Shown in pieces: positions 31,502 to 41,859 of a stretch of DNA of 64,000 nucleotides. The DNA is from a virus (lineage: Duplodnaviria > Caudoviricetes), in the IMG/VR virus record IMGVR_UViG_3300021256_000077, positions 33,488-97,487 of that record. One strand, 5' to 3'. A model generated the notes under the pieces. The model was given only the letters and a program-made list of their open reading frames with translations, ran no database searches and was not told where the DNA came from. The stretch's first letter is position 1; the number at the start of each line of letters is the position of its first letter. The position numbers and the translations under genes were made by a program.

Positions 31502-32350
31502 ATGAACTACAGTTTTTCGTCTCTGTCGCTCTACCGCACCTGTCCGCAGGCATATTACCTCCTGAAAGTACCGCATGGACGAATTTCGCGCAGAAAAAGT
31601 GATCGAAAGCCGTTCTCACGGCCAAATCCGAGGGTTCAACACCGTTTGGTGCGCATGCCGCAGAAGTACAGGATTGCGCTGACCACCCATATCAAGGACG
31701 TCCCAAACTTTTTCGCTCAATTTGGTACTCTGGGGCACTCCATCCTTGAACGCTGGGAGAAAGGCAAGATTCCGATGCTTGCCATGGCCGAAACTTACGA
31801 CAAAGAGTTCGAGCAGGTCGTGACAGTTGATCCCCCGCCCTTCCCGCGTGGCATGTACCAGAAACTTCGTGATCTTGGATACAAATATTTCGACACCTTC
31901 AACGATTTCGACTATGAGAACTACGAAATTCTTGAGGTGGAGAAGCAATTTCGCATTGAACTATGTGACCGGGGCTTCGTTGGTCTGGCCGACCTCATCC
32001 TGCGCAATCTTGCGACGGGTGGTATCGAGATTATCGATCACAAGTCGAAGAGCGCGAACAGTATGAAGAAGGAGCTGAACATATACAAGCGTCAGCTCTA
32101 CCTTTATGCGGCTTATGTGAATGAAAAGTATGGCGAGTTCCCTACCCGCCTTCGTTTCAACATGTTCCGTGAAGGCACGTGGATCGATATCGACTTCAGT
32201 CTGGACGAGTATGAGGAAACCCTGGACTGGATGCGGGATACCATCAGGATGATTGAGTCCGATACAACGTGGGAAGCCAGACCAAAGAGCTATTACTGCC
32301 GCTACATATGCGGAGCCGCCGATGCCTGTACTGTCGAAGGGAGATGGTGA
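31502..32350 (+). CDS. PD-(D/E)XK (RecB/Cas4-like) exonuclease
   Basis: SFSSLSLYRTCP, GTLGHSILE, GLADL, IDHKS, QLYLY, C-terminal Cys cluster. Confidence 0.88.
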   Translation: MNYSFSSLSLYRTCPQAYYLLKVPHGRISRRKSDRKPFSRPNPRVQHRLVRMPQKYRIALTTHIKDVPNFFAQFGTLGHSILERWEKGKIPMLAMAETYDKEFEQVVTVDPPPFPRGMYQKLRDLGYKYFDTFNDFDYENYEILEVEKQFRIELCDRGFVGLADLILRNLATGGIEIIDHKSKSANSMKKELNIYKRQLYLYAAYVNEKYGEFPTRLRFNMFREGTWIDIDFSLDEYEETLDWMRDTIRMIESDTTWEARPKSYYCRYICGAADACTVEGRW

Positions 32351-32351
32351 G

Positions 32352-35300
32352 TTGGTTATTTACCATTTGCACTCCGATGACTCGCTTCTGGACTCTGCCA
32401 CGGACTTTTCAGAGTATGTAGAGCTGGCCAAAGCGCAGGGTATGACGGCCATCGCCTCGACCGAGCATGGAATCCACCGCAACTGGGCTAAAAAGAAGAT
32501 GATGTGCGACGAGGCTGGACTGAAATTCCTCTGCGGCGTGGAAATCTACCTGACAGAACAGCTCGAACCAAAGGTAAAGGACAATTACCACACGGTTTTG
32601 ATTGCAAAGAACGCCGAAGGACTCCGTGAACTGCATCGAATCGTGCTCATCAGCACCCGGGATGACCACACCTACTATAAAAACCGCATTTCCTTCGATG
32701 AGTTCATGATGATCAGCGACAATGTCATAAAAATCTCGGCCTGTGTTCAGTCTCCTCTGTGTAAATTGCCGGAAGATCATCCCCGCTACATGGAACTGGC
32801 CAGACATTACGACTGGCTCGAGATTCAGCACCACAATATGTCCTCTCAGCGCAACTACAACCTGCGTCTGCTTGACCTTTCCAGCAAGACAGGCATCCCG
32901 CTCATTGCCGGGACAGATACACACAGCTCCAATGAGTACAAGAAACGCTGCAGGGACATTCTTATGCGGTACAAGCATCAGCATTACGAAGATGAAGATG
33001 CCTGCGACCTCACCTGGAAGACCGAAGAGGAGCTGATCAAGGCTTACGAAGCTCAGGGCGTGCTTCCCCGTAGCGTGTACATGGAAGCCATTCATCAGAC
33101 CGATGTCATGGCCGCATCAGTAGAGGATATTCCACTTGATACGGATATCAAGTACCCAATTCTGTACGGGACAAGGGAAGCGGACGCCAAGAAGTTCGAA
33201 GAGCGCATCGAAGAGATGTTTGTCCAGAAGCTCGAGCAGGGCGTGATCCCGCTTGAAGAGGAAGAAAGCTTCCGGGAATCCATGGCTGAGGAAATCCGCG
33301 TATTCCAGAAGCTTCATATGGACGGTTTCATGCTTTCCATGTCCGAACTTCTGTCATGGTGTCACAAGGAAGGGATTTACACGGGTCCAGCGCGTGGTTC
33401 TGTCGGCGGTTCAAGAGTGGCCTACGTGCTTGGCATCATCGATATGAATCCTGAGGAACTGCACACCGTGTTTTCCCGCTTTGCCAACGAGGACCGTGTT
33501 GAGGTTGGCGATATCGATACCGACTGCATCACATCCGAGCGTCCACGCATCTTCGAGTACATCACAAAACGGTTCGGTGCGGCCTACGTTGCCCGTGTTG
33601 GTTCGTATGGTACGCTGGCCGACCTTGCCATCATCGACTGTGTCGGCGGTGCGCTTGCTGAGGAGTGGAGTATGGCTCATGAAGATGCCGATCCCGCCAG
33701 AAATCCCTACTCGCTCCAGAAAATTAAAGGCATCAAAGCCAAATGGAAAGCCGATCCTGACGCAGCCAGGGCTGCCTACCCGGAAATCTTCACCTACTAT
33801 GACGGCCTTCGTGGCGTGAAGACAAGTCAGAGTGTGCATCCAGCCGGAATGGTGATCTCCCCCGTCATGATTACGGATCGCTACGGGCTGATGCATAAGG
33901 ATGGCGAACTCTGCCTTCTTTTTGATATGGATACCACCCATGATGTGGGGCTTGTGAAGTACGATTTCCTCGGATTGAAAACCCTGTCCGTAATCCAGGA
34001 CACCTGTAAGTACGCCAAATATCCGATGCCAAAGTACCACACTATGGACTGGAAAGATCAAGATGTATGGAGAGATATTGCCGCTGATCCCATTTCCATT
34101 TTCCAGTTTGAATCCAAGTTCGCGGCCGATGCCCTGAAACGGTTTAAGCCACACAGTCTGGAAGATCTCTCGCTCGTAACAGCCTGTATCCGTCCGAGCG
34201 GTGCAAGCTACAGAGAGAAAGTCTTCGAGCATATCCCCAATACGAATCCAACACCCGAGATGGATGAGGTGTTCAAGGATTCGCTTGGCTACTGCGTCTA
34301 TCAGGAGCAGATCATTCAGGCACTCATCACATTGTGCGGCTTCAGCGGTGGTCAGGCTGATACCATTCGACGCGCCATCGCATCGAAAAAGCCGGAGAAG
34401 ATTGAAGCGGCCATTCCGAAGATCAGAGATGGCTACTGTTCCGTTTCCACCAAGCCACGCGAAGTGGCCGAGAAGGAAGTGTCAGATTTCCTTCAAGTGA
34501 TACAGGACGCAAGCGGTTATTCCTTTGGTTACAACCATTCCATCGGATATTGCCTTGTTTCCTACATCTGCGGATGGCTGCGTTACTACTTCCCGTGTGA
34601 GTACATCGCCGCCTATCTGAACAACGCCGACAACGACGCTGATCTGGATACCGGACGCGCTCTGGCAAAGCGGTATCACATTGATGTACTGCCGCCAAAG
34701 TTTGGGCTGGCCAAGAGTTCCTTCCAGCCATACCCGGATAAGAAACAGATCGTTCAGGGACTCCAGGCGATCAAGGGATGCGGTATTTCTCACGGCGATG
34801 CGCTGTATGAGCTGTCGCAGAACAAGTACGACTGCTTCATTGATTTGCTGATCGACATCAAGACCAAGACGAAGATCAACTCGACTTTGCTTCAGTCTCT
34901 GATCGACATTGATTTCTTCTCCGACTTCGGTAATCAGACCGAACTGACTTCCATCATGTCATTTTATGAGAAGTACGCCGGAAAGAAGACACTGAAGAAA
35001 GCCGAGTATGAAAAGTCTCCCCTGCTCAGCATCATCCGAAGGAACAGTACAGGGCTGACGAAGGCCGGAAAGGAAGCAGCCACGTGGACAATTACCAATC
35101 CTCTTGGCTTCCTGCATGGCCTTGAGGATTTCGTACGCAGTCGCAACATGCCCGGGCCAAGCGTAATGACCAAGGCTCTGAACTACAGGCGCGTCATGGG
35201 TTTCCTCGGCTTCATTTCCGGCAGAGACGAAGACCGTCCCGTGCTCTATGTCAGGGCATGCTATCCGCTCAAGAGAAAGAGAGACGGCGTGCTGTTCGGG

Positions 35301-35477
35301 TATTCCATTCAGACGGTTTCACTTGGCAGCGGAATAGAGTCGCGCTTTACCATCTTCAAGGAAGTGTACGACCTCGATCCCATCAAGGAAGATGACTTCA
35401 TCCGTTGTCACAGTTGGAAGCCAGACCGTGGTTACTACGTAATGACCGCATATGAAAAGCTCTACATTGAGCCATAA
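32352..35477 (+). CDS. dnaE: DNA polymerase III alpha subunit (family C)
   Basis: PHP domain HLHSDDSLLD/TEHG, ARGSVGGS, DIDTD, SVHPAG, KYDFLGL, YQEQ, YSFGYNHS. Confidence 0.95.
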   Translation: MVIYHLHSDDSLLDSATDFSEYVELAKAQGMTAIASTEHGIHRNWAKKKMMCDEAGLKFLCGVEIYLTEQLEPKVKDNYHTVLIAKNAEGLRELHRIVLISTRDDHTYYKNRISFDEFMMISDNVIKISACVQSPLCKLPEDHPRYMELARHYDWLEIQHHNMSSQRNYNLRLLDLSSKTGIPLIAGTDTHSSNEYKKRCRDILMRYKHQHYEDEDACDLTWKTEEELIKAYEAQGVLPRSVYMEAIHQTDVMAASVEDIPLDTDIKYPILYGTREADAKKFEERIEEMFVQKLEQGVIPLEEEESFRESMAEEIRVFQKLHMDGFMLSMSELLSWCHKEGIYTGPARGSVGGSRVAYVLGIIDMNPEELHTVFSRFANEDRVEVGDIDTDCITSERPRIFEYITKRFGAAYVARVGSYGTLADLAIIDCVGGALAEEWSMAHEDADPARNPYSLQKIKGIKAKWKADPDAARAAYPEIFTYYDGLRGVKTSQSVHPAGMVISPVMITDRYGLMHKDGELCLLFDMDTTHDVGLVKYDFLGLKTLSVIQDTCKYAKYPMPKYHTMDWKDQDVWRDIAADPISIFQFESKFAADALKRFKPHSLEDLSLVTACIRPSGASYREKVFEHIPNTNPTPEMDEVFKDSLGYCVYQEQIIQALITLCGFSGGQADTIRRAIASKKPEKIEAAIPKIRDGYCSVSTKPREVAEKEVSDFLQVIQDASGYSFGYNHSIGYCLVSYICGWLRYYFPCEYIAAYLNNADNDADLDTGRALAKRYHIDVLPPKFGLAKSSFQPYPDKKQIVQGLQAIKGCGISHGDALYELSQNKYDCFIDLLIDIKTKTKINSTLLQSLIDIDFFSDFGNQTELTSIMSFYEKYAGKKTLKKAEYEKSPLLSIIRRNSTGLTKAGKEAATWTITNPLGFLHGLEDFVRSRNMPGPSVMTKALNYRRVMGFLGFISGRDEDRPVLYVRACYPLKRKRDGVLFGYSIQTVSLGSGIESRFTIFKEVYDLDPIKEDDFIRCHSWKPDRGYYVMTAYEKLYIEP

Positions 35478-36169
35478 AATTTTCAGAACCGTGCAAGAAA
35501 AGCACGGTTTTGTTTCCATATACCTCTGAGGAGGTGAAAAGTTGTTTGTCCAGATTGAACGGGATACTTTTGTGAACTCGGAAGAAGTGGATGTGATCAT
35601 GTCTCCCGGTGGCATAAGCGTGGAGCGTGTCCGCGATTACTGTGAGAAGTACTCCTTGTATTTCGATGTTTCCAAAAAGCTCGGTCACGGGAGTTACGTT
35701 CTGCTGAAGAGTGGACGCATGCTCTGCGTTTCAAAGACCCCAAGACAGGTGGCGGGCATCCTGAACACCGGGAACACCCGACAGTTCAAAAACACACGGG
35801 AGCAAACGATTCTTCTTGAAAAGGTGAAGCCACCACCCGAGCCTGAGATTGAACCCGTTCCAGTACCTGAAGGTGTTGAGCGATTTAAGTTGGAGGAATT
35901 CGATGAATATTGACAGGTTTGGCGTTCTGTCCGACATCTCCGCACACATTCGCAAGCTTGAAGAAGGGTGGCCTGGCTGGGATGACGATGAAATGGAGTA
36001 CATCACGCCCGAGTCCATCATGTATGCCATCCGAGTCCTTCGAAACAACTGTAAAGACCCGTCATTTCTCGACTTTCTTTACATGCTTGAAGGACGGGTA
36101 CAGAAGATGATGATTAAAGTTCCGAAGCCGGATAAAGAGGATTACAAGGACGAGATTTTTTAAGGAGGA

Positions 36170-36604
36170 ATGCCTATGGAAGTATTGTTCAAGAAACACG
36201 TTCCCGAACTGACAGCCCCGGCAGAAATTGCAATGGGTGACTGGATCGATCTGAGGGCCGCAGAAGATGTGTTTATGAAGAAGGGTGACTTTGCCATCAT
36301 CTCGCTCGGCCTGTCTGTCAAGCTGCCCGAAGGATATGAGATGCTGATTGCTCCGCGCTCCAGCACCTACAAAAACTTTGGCATCATTCAGGCCAACAGC
36401 ATAGGCATCATCGACGAGTCCTATTGCGGCGACGATGATGTGCTCGGATTCCCCGCCATTGCACTGCGGGATACAGCCATCCATGTCAACGACCGCATCT
36501 GTCAGTTCCGCATCATCCGGCATCAGCCCAGCTTTTTTCTCAGCGAAGTGAAGCATCTGAGTGATATAAGCCGGGGTGGATTTGGAAGTACGGGGGTGCT
36601 GTGA
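36170..36604 (+). CDS. dut: Trimeric dUTPase
   Basis: IDLRA, PRSS, GIIDESYCG, RICQF, RGGFGSTG. Confidence 0.95.
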   Translation: MPMEVLFKKHVPELTAPAEIAMGDWIDLRAAEDVFMKKGDFAIISLGLSVKLPEGYEMLIAPRSSTYKNFGIIQANSIGIIDESYCGDDDVLGFPAIALRDTAIHVNDRICQFRIIRHQPSFFLSEVKHLSDISRGGFGSTGVL

Positions 36605-36807
36605 TGGCAACCTATGATCCGAAAGCAGCGGCTGAGGCTCAGCGAAAGTACTGCGAAGAGCACAAATAGCCAGTATTCTTCAGCGAAGTATGCTGGCTGT
36701 GCAATAAAAACATCTTCATAGAGGACGGCGGGTTCAGCGTGGAGGAAGCCGGAAGCATGCTTATCACCGGACATCTCCATGGCTGTCACGCAACCTTTGT
36801 GGAGTAA
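36604..36807 (+). CDS. Small Cys/His protein (one in-frame TAG; missed by ORF track)
   Basis: MATYDPKAAAEAQRKYCEEHK*PVFFSEVCWLCNKNIF...SVEEAGSMLITG; fills the dut-nrdD gap; TAG at 36667-36669. Confidence 0.75.
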
Positions 36808-36820
36808 AGGAGAGAAGCGA

Positions 36821-39800
36821 ATGACTGTAATCAAACGGGACGGGCGCGAAGTACCTTTCGATGCCCAGAAAATTGTCGATGCCATTTCTTCCGCGATGGC
36901 CGAAACTGAAGCCGGGGTCGATGAAGCCCTGGCTCAATTCATCGCGAACAAGATTGCGGCGGTTGACCACACCCAGACCGTGGAAGAGATTCAGGATCTG
37001 GTCGAGCATTACCTCATGTCAAGCGAACGGAAGGACGTAGCCAAGCGTTACATCCTTTACCGCGCTGAACGTACAAGGAAGCGTAACCTGAACAGCGACA
37101 TTGTCAAACAGGTATGGGAGAAGACAAATGCATCCAATGTGGTGAATGCCAACGCCAACGTTGACGAGCATTCATTTGGCGGCAGAAAGAACGAGGCTGC
37201 GTCAGCCATCCAGAAGCAGATTGCTCTTGACTACAACATGAGTCCTGAGGTTTCTGCGGCTCATAAAGACGGATGGATTTACGAGCACGATCTGGATGCT
37301 TTCAATGTTGGAAGTCATAACTGTTTATTCTTGGACTTTGAACACATCTTTGAGGATGGTTTCGCCACGCGCAATGGTGATGTCCGTTCTCCCGGTTCTT
37401 ACTCAACGGCCTGTCAGCAGGTCGCGGTTGCATTCCAGCTGCAAAGTCAATGCCAGTTCGGTTTCCCAATGTAACACTGCCGAACTAAAACGATGCTAAC
37501 CACCACAGTGGGGTTCCCTATTTGGGAGCTAACGGAGAAGGGACGCTGTCCTGACTGCGTGATTAACTGACGATAGCAATATCGTTAAGTGATTGTAACG
37601 ACTATCCTTCGGGAGTAGGGCATACACAGGTATGTTCGAAACGCATCGGTAACCGTACAGGTTGCAAGAAATAGTCTGGCTGTATTTCATCTTCTTTGGA
37701 ATACAGAGGGGTGTAGCCAGTCTGCATATCGATTCCGACCTCGCACCTTATGTGAAGAAGTCGTTCTCGAAATACTATGCGGACGGGCTGTGGTGGATCG
37801 AAGGTATCAAAGATGCCAATTTGGATGAACTTGTAAGCAAGGCATCCGTTGGACAGCCTGATCACGACCACCTCAAGGCATATGACTATGCAGTAGTAAT
37901 GTTGGAACGTGAGGGCAAACAGGCAAGCGAAGCCCTCTACCATAACCTTAATACCCTTATTGATCGGGGGCTTATGCAGGCAACTGCGTAATGAACATGT
38001 GGTGAACCCAAACGGGGTGTCGGGGTAACCCGGCTAACGGTAAAAGCTAAACGCAAGCATGCTGATACCGTGCCAAGTTTCATAGTAAGCAGGAGGTATT
38101 ATGAAGGTAGATAATCCCATTGAGTACGTAGGAGCACACTATACAAATAATCAAGGTGTTGCTTACACGGTGCTGTCGTATGAAGGTATGAACCATAATA
38201 ATCAGAGAACATATACCATTCAGTTCGACGATTCAAAACTCGTGCGTCATGGAATCACCTTATCAAATATGAACAAGGGGTCTGTAAAAGATTACTTTGC
38301 TCCCATCGTGCACGGAGTTGGAGCTTTGGGATTTGTAAGGAAAAATGATAATCTTCACGCCTATCACACTTGGGCTTCAATGTTGGAGCGGTGCTACAAA
38401 GAGAACTGCCCTTCATACAAATGGTATGGAGCAGACGGTGTCACCGTGTGTGAGAGGTGGAAACGGTTCGATTACTTCCTTGAAGATCTGCCGACATTAC
38501 CCGGATATGACGAAGAACAATTCAGGCTGAAACAAATTAAACTGGATAAAGACATCAGAATCAAAGGCTCAAAGATTTATTCGCCAGAAACATGTTGTTT
38601 TGTTTCTCATTCTGACAACATGAAGGACGCATTTGCAAGATACAATTCAGAGAAGTCCAGAAAGATTGCAGTCTTTCCAGACGGACATGAAGAACTGGTT
38701 CTTAATCTGACGGATTTTTGTGCCGAACACAACATCAATTACAGAAACGTATACCACAGGCTTAACGATGATCAAAAGGTCGATCTGAACGGTTTTCACT
38801 TTTACTATGAAAAAGGTGTAACGACTATTCCTAGGCGGCGAAATTCCGCAACAGAAGTAGGGCCGTCTGAGATGACGGTGGGTGAAAACCCCTTAAATCG
38901 AAGTGCCACACATCCTGCGTAAGGATGAAGAGATAGTCTACTCCGCTTTGAAATATCGGGAAACCGACGGTACGAAAGCGAATCAAGAGCAGGCAGCCAG
39001 GTTCCTTTTACCTCAATTAATTACGGTAGGGATACCTCGCCTGAAGGACGACTGGTTACAAGATGGCTACTTGAATCTTCCATTTCTGGTATTGGTAAGC
39101 ACCATCTGACCAGTATCTTCCCGATTGGAATCTTCCAGATGAAGAAGGGTGTCAACGCCGCACCCGGCGATCCCAACTACGATCTGAAGCAGTTGGCGAT
39201 CAAATCAATGTCCAAAAGAATTTATCCGAACTGGGTAAATTGCGATTTCTCTGAGGCCCACGAAGACCTCAACAACCCGGACACATACTTCGGGACAATG
39301 GGTTGCCGCACCATGCTTGGCCGTGATGTAAACGGTTATGGCTATCAGCGCGTTGGTCGTGGCAATAACATCCCGATCACCATCATCCTTCCGAAGATTG
39401 GCATTGAGTACGGTATCTGCACTGGCAAACGTACTACTGCCGACCTCGACGGATTCTGGGCCAAGCTGGATGAGATTCTGGCTCTGACCGAAAAGGCATT
39501 CCTTGAGCGGTGGGATATCCTGCGCAGTCAGTCTCCCAAATCCGCTACCTTCATGTATGACAATGGCACGATTGTGGACGCTGACAAGTGTACTGATACT
39601 GTTGAACCCGCGCTCTGTCATAACACATTTGCCTTCGGGTACATCGGCATTGCTGAAATGTGCGAGGCTCTCTTCGGTACAAACCACGCCAGGGATGCAT
39701 ATGCTCATGCCTTCGCCCTGAAGGTGGTCGCGCACATCAACCAGTACGCCAAGGAGTTTACAGCACGGAATAATCTCAACGGCGCGTGCTATGCAACTCC

Positions 39801-40299
39801 CGCCGAAAGTCTGTGCTATACCGCCATGAATAAACTCAAGGCCCAGTATGGAATCATCAAGAACGTAACCGACCGCGAATGGCTGACCAACTCACATCAT
39901 GTTCCCGTCTGGGAAAAGGTATCCATCTACGACAAGCTTCGCATTGAGGCTCCGTTCTGCCGCTATCCCACCGCCGGGTGCATCACCTACATCGAGTGTG
40001 AGTCCACCTTCATGAACAACACGAAGGCCATCGAGGACATCATCGACTATGCCGCCAACCTCGATATCCCCTACCTCGCATTCAATTTCCCGATTGACAC
40101 CTGTTTGGATTGTGGATATCAGGGTGAGTTTGATGCGGCCTGCCCTGAGTGCGGTGGTGAGAACATCCTGCAGCTTCGGCGCGTAACCGGATACCTGACG
40201 CAGGACTACCGCAACTTTAACCACGGCAAGCAGGAAGAAGTTAAAGCGCGTGTGAAACATTCGGCCTACACAAGCTTCGGAGATACACACAGTGTCTGA
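36821..40299 (+). CDS. nrdD: Anaerobic (class III) ribonucleotide reductase in three exons: 36821-37462, 37710-37957, 38979-40299
   Basis: ATP cone VIKRDG; spliced product reads QCQFG|GVAS and YHNLNTL|ESRAGSQVPFTSINYG; MGCRT, ATPAE and RRVTGYL glycyl-radical motifs. Confidence 0.93.
37463..37709 (+). mobile_element. Group I intron 1 in nrdD (no ORF)
   Basis: Exon ends in U, P1 TTCGGT/GCCGAA, core GTAACGACTATC and AAGAAATAGTCT, terminal G; removal restores the frame. Confidence 0.88.
37958..38978 (+). mobile_element. Group I intron 2 in nrdD carrying a homing endonuclease
   Basis: P1 CCCT/GGGG, core GTAACGACTATT and GAAGAGATAGTCTA, terminal G; CT|C junction restores a Leu codon. Confidence 0.88.
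38101..38922 (+). CDS. Intron-encoded HNH-related homing endonuclease
   Basis: YHTWASMLERCY, YGADGVTVCERW, LDKD, IYSPETCCFV; strong AGGAGGT RBS. Confidence 0.82.
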   Translation: MKVDNPIEYVGAHYTNNQGVAYTVLSYEGMNHNNQRTYTIQFDDSKLVRHGITLSNMNKGSVKDYFAPIVHGVGALGFVRKNDNLHAYHTWASMLERCYKENCPSYKWYGADGVTVCERWKRFDYFLEDLPTLPGYDEEQFRLKQIKLDKDIRIKGSKIYSPETCCFVSHSDNMKDAFARYNSEKSRKIAVFPDGHEELVLNLTDFCAEHNINYRNVYHRLNDDQKVDLNGFHFYYEKGVTTIPRRRNSATEVGPSEMTVGENPLNRSATHPA

Positions 40300-40819
40300 G
40301 CATTTCCCCTTTGTCTCAGGGATCAACTATGAAAGCATGGTTGATGGCAGTGGAGTGAGGACAGTCATCTTTCTTTCGGGCTGTCCTCACCACTGTCCCG
40401 GCTGTCAGAATCCCGATACCTGGGCCGAGGATTTCGGGAAGCAGGCGGATATGAATCTGATCCATGAGATTGCGGATGAGTACCACAAACGGCGCGGTTA
40501 TCTTTCCGGCGTTACGCTCAGTGGCGGCGATCCCCTGTATCATCCAGACCAGACGCTGTACTTCTGGACGCGCCTGAACGATGCCATTAAAGAGCTTGCC
40601 GGGGATAACGCTCAGAACACAAACCTGTGGATTTACACGGGCTACACGTGGGAGATCATTCAGCAACGCATGTTGAGAGATCCCGCTCTTCGAAGTTTGG
40701 TCAACACCTACACTGACGTAATTGTGGACGGTCCCTTCGTTCAGTCACTTGCCGACAAACGTCTGGCATTCCGTGGCTCGAGCAATCAGCGGATCATTCA
40801 CGTGAAAGGAAACGGGTAA
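40292..40819 (+). CDS. nrdG: Anaerobic RNR activating enzyme
   Basis: DGSGVR, CPHHCPGCQN, LSGGDP, DGPF, RGSSNQR. Confidence 0.95.
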   Translation: MSEHFPFVSGINYESMVDGSGVRTVIFLSGCPHHCPGCQNPDTWAEDFGKQADMNLIHEIADEYHKRRGYLSGVTLSGGDPLYHPDQTLYFWTRLNDAIKELAGDNAQNTNLWIYTGYTWEIIQQRMLRDPALRSLVNTYTDVIVDGPFVQSLADKRLAFRGSSNQRIIHVKGNG

Positions 40820-41018
40820 TGAAAGTCTCGAGTATTCTCATTATCTTTCTGGCGGTGACGGCTCTTGTTCTGCGTGGCATTGTTTTGTACAGGCAAACGC
40901 ACGTGAACGCTGCCGATCCCACCAGTGGCAACAGCATGCTTCTTGCCCATCTGTCAGACTTCTGCATTCTTGGCATGGGTATTACCGCGATTATCACAAG
41001 GATTGTGGAGGGTGGCAC

Positions 41019-41336
41019 ATGATAAAGTGGGTTAACAGCAGTTACAACCAATGGATTCTTCTGTAGGGTAACAGCCTGATTGATCAGCAGGAACTTGCCA
41101 ATATCATCACTACGAACAACGGACATATGTACCGTATCCCGTAGGAAAAGAGTGCAAAGTTCGCCTACAGTACAGCATCAGATCTGGACGAGGTAAAGCA
41201 CATCTGTGAGCAGGCAGCACTCTACGCCCTGCGTCAACACGTCAAGATGCTTGAACAGGCCATCATCGACTAGGAAACGATGTTGCCGCCGGAAGGAGAT
41301 GATGACACAGATGTCGCTGTACCTCCTGTGCCTTGA
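41019..41336 (+). CDS. Hypothetical protein, 105 aa (three in-frame TAGs; missed by ORF track)
   Basis: ATGA overlap with the upstream stop; WILL*GNS, YRIP*EKS, EQAIID*ETML; TAGs at 41064, 41142, 41271; ends in TGA overlapping the ruvC-like start. Confidence 0.72.
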
Positions 41337-41859
41337 TCTTTCCATGAGAGCACCGGGATTTGCCGTCCTGGAATACAACCCGGATACCAAAGCGGTGCGT
41401 ATTCTTGAGACGTCCCGCCTGAATCATAAAGGATCGAAGGCCACACACGGACAGATGTAGATGGATATCGAAGATCATATGAATTCGATCTTCGACCGCT
41501 ACAAAGATAAGAAACTGATCCTCGTCAAGGAAGAAGTCTTCACCACCCGCTCCAACATCAACACCGGGCTGACCATAGCCAAGGTACATGGCATAGCTGA
41601 TCTCGTTGCGGCCCGCCATGGATACCCTGACTTCCATCAGCTTGGTACAACGGCCATCAAACGAATCCTGACGGGCGATGGAAAAGCCGAAAAGAATATG
41701 GTTGCGGAAGCGACCATGCGCTATGTAGGGCCGCATGAATACGGTTCGGACGATGAGTCGGATGCCGTCGCCGTTGGTCTTGCGTGGCTGATTGAAGAGA
41801 AACTGTTGAAGGGAGTGAAGAAGGATGCCGCTGAAAAAGGGCGAGGCTCTCCCAGATGA
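41299..41859 (+). CDS. RuvC-like Holliday junction resolvase (one in-frame TAG)
   Basis: LCLDLSMRAPGFAV and VKEE...IKRILTGDGKAEK...DDESDAVAV halves are in frame across TAG 41458-41460 (HGQM*MDIEDH). Confidence 0.88.

Noticed and set aside
32352-35477. Intein or intron in dnaE
   Set aside because: Length and motif spacing fit an uninterrupted DnaE; no intein splice motifs seen.
36779-37474. nrdD as a fragmented pseudogene
   Set aside because: Both breaks carry group I intron core motifs and their removal restores a continuous NrdD.
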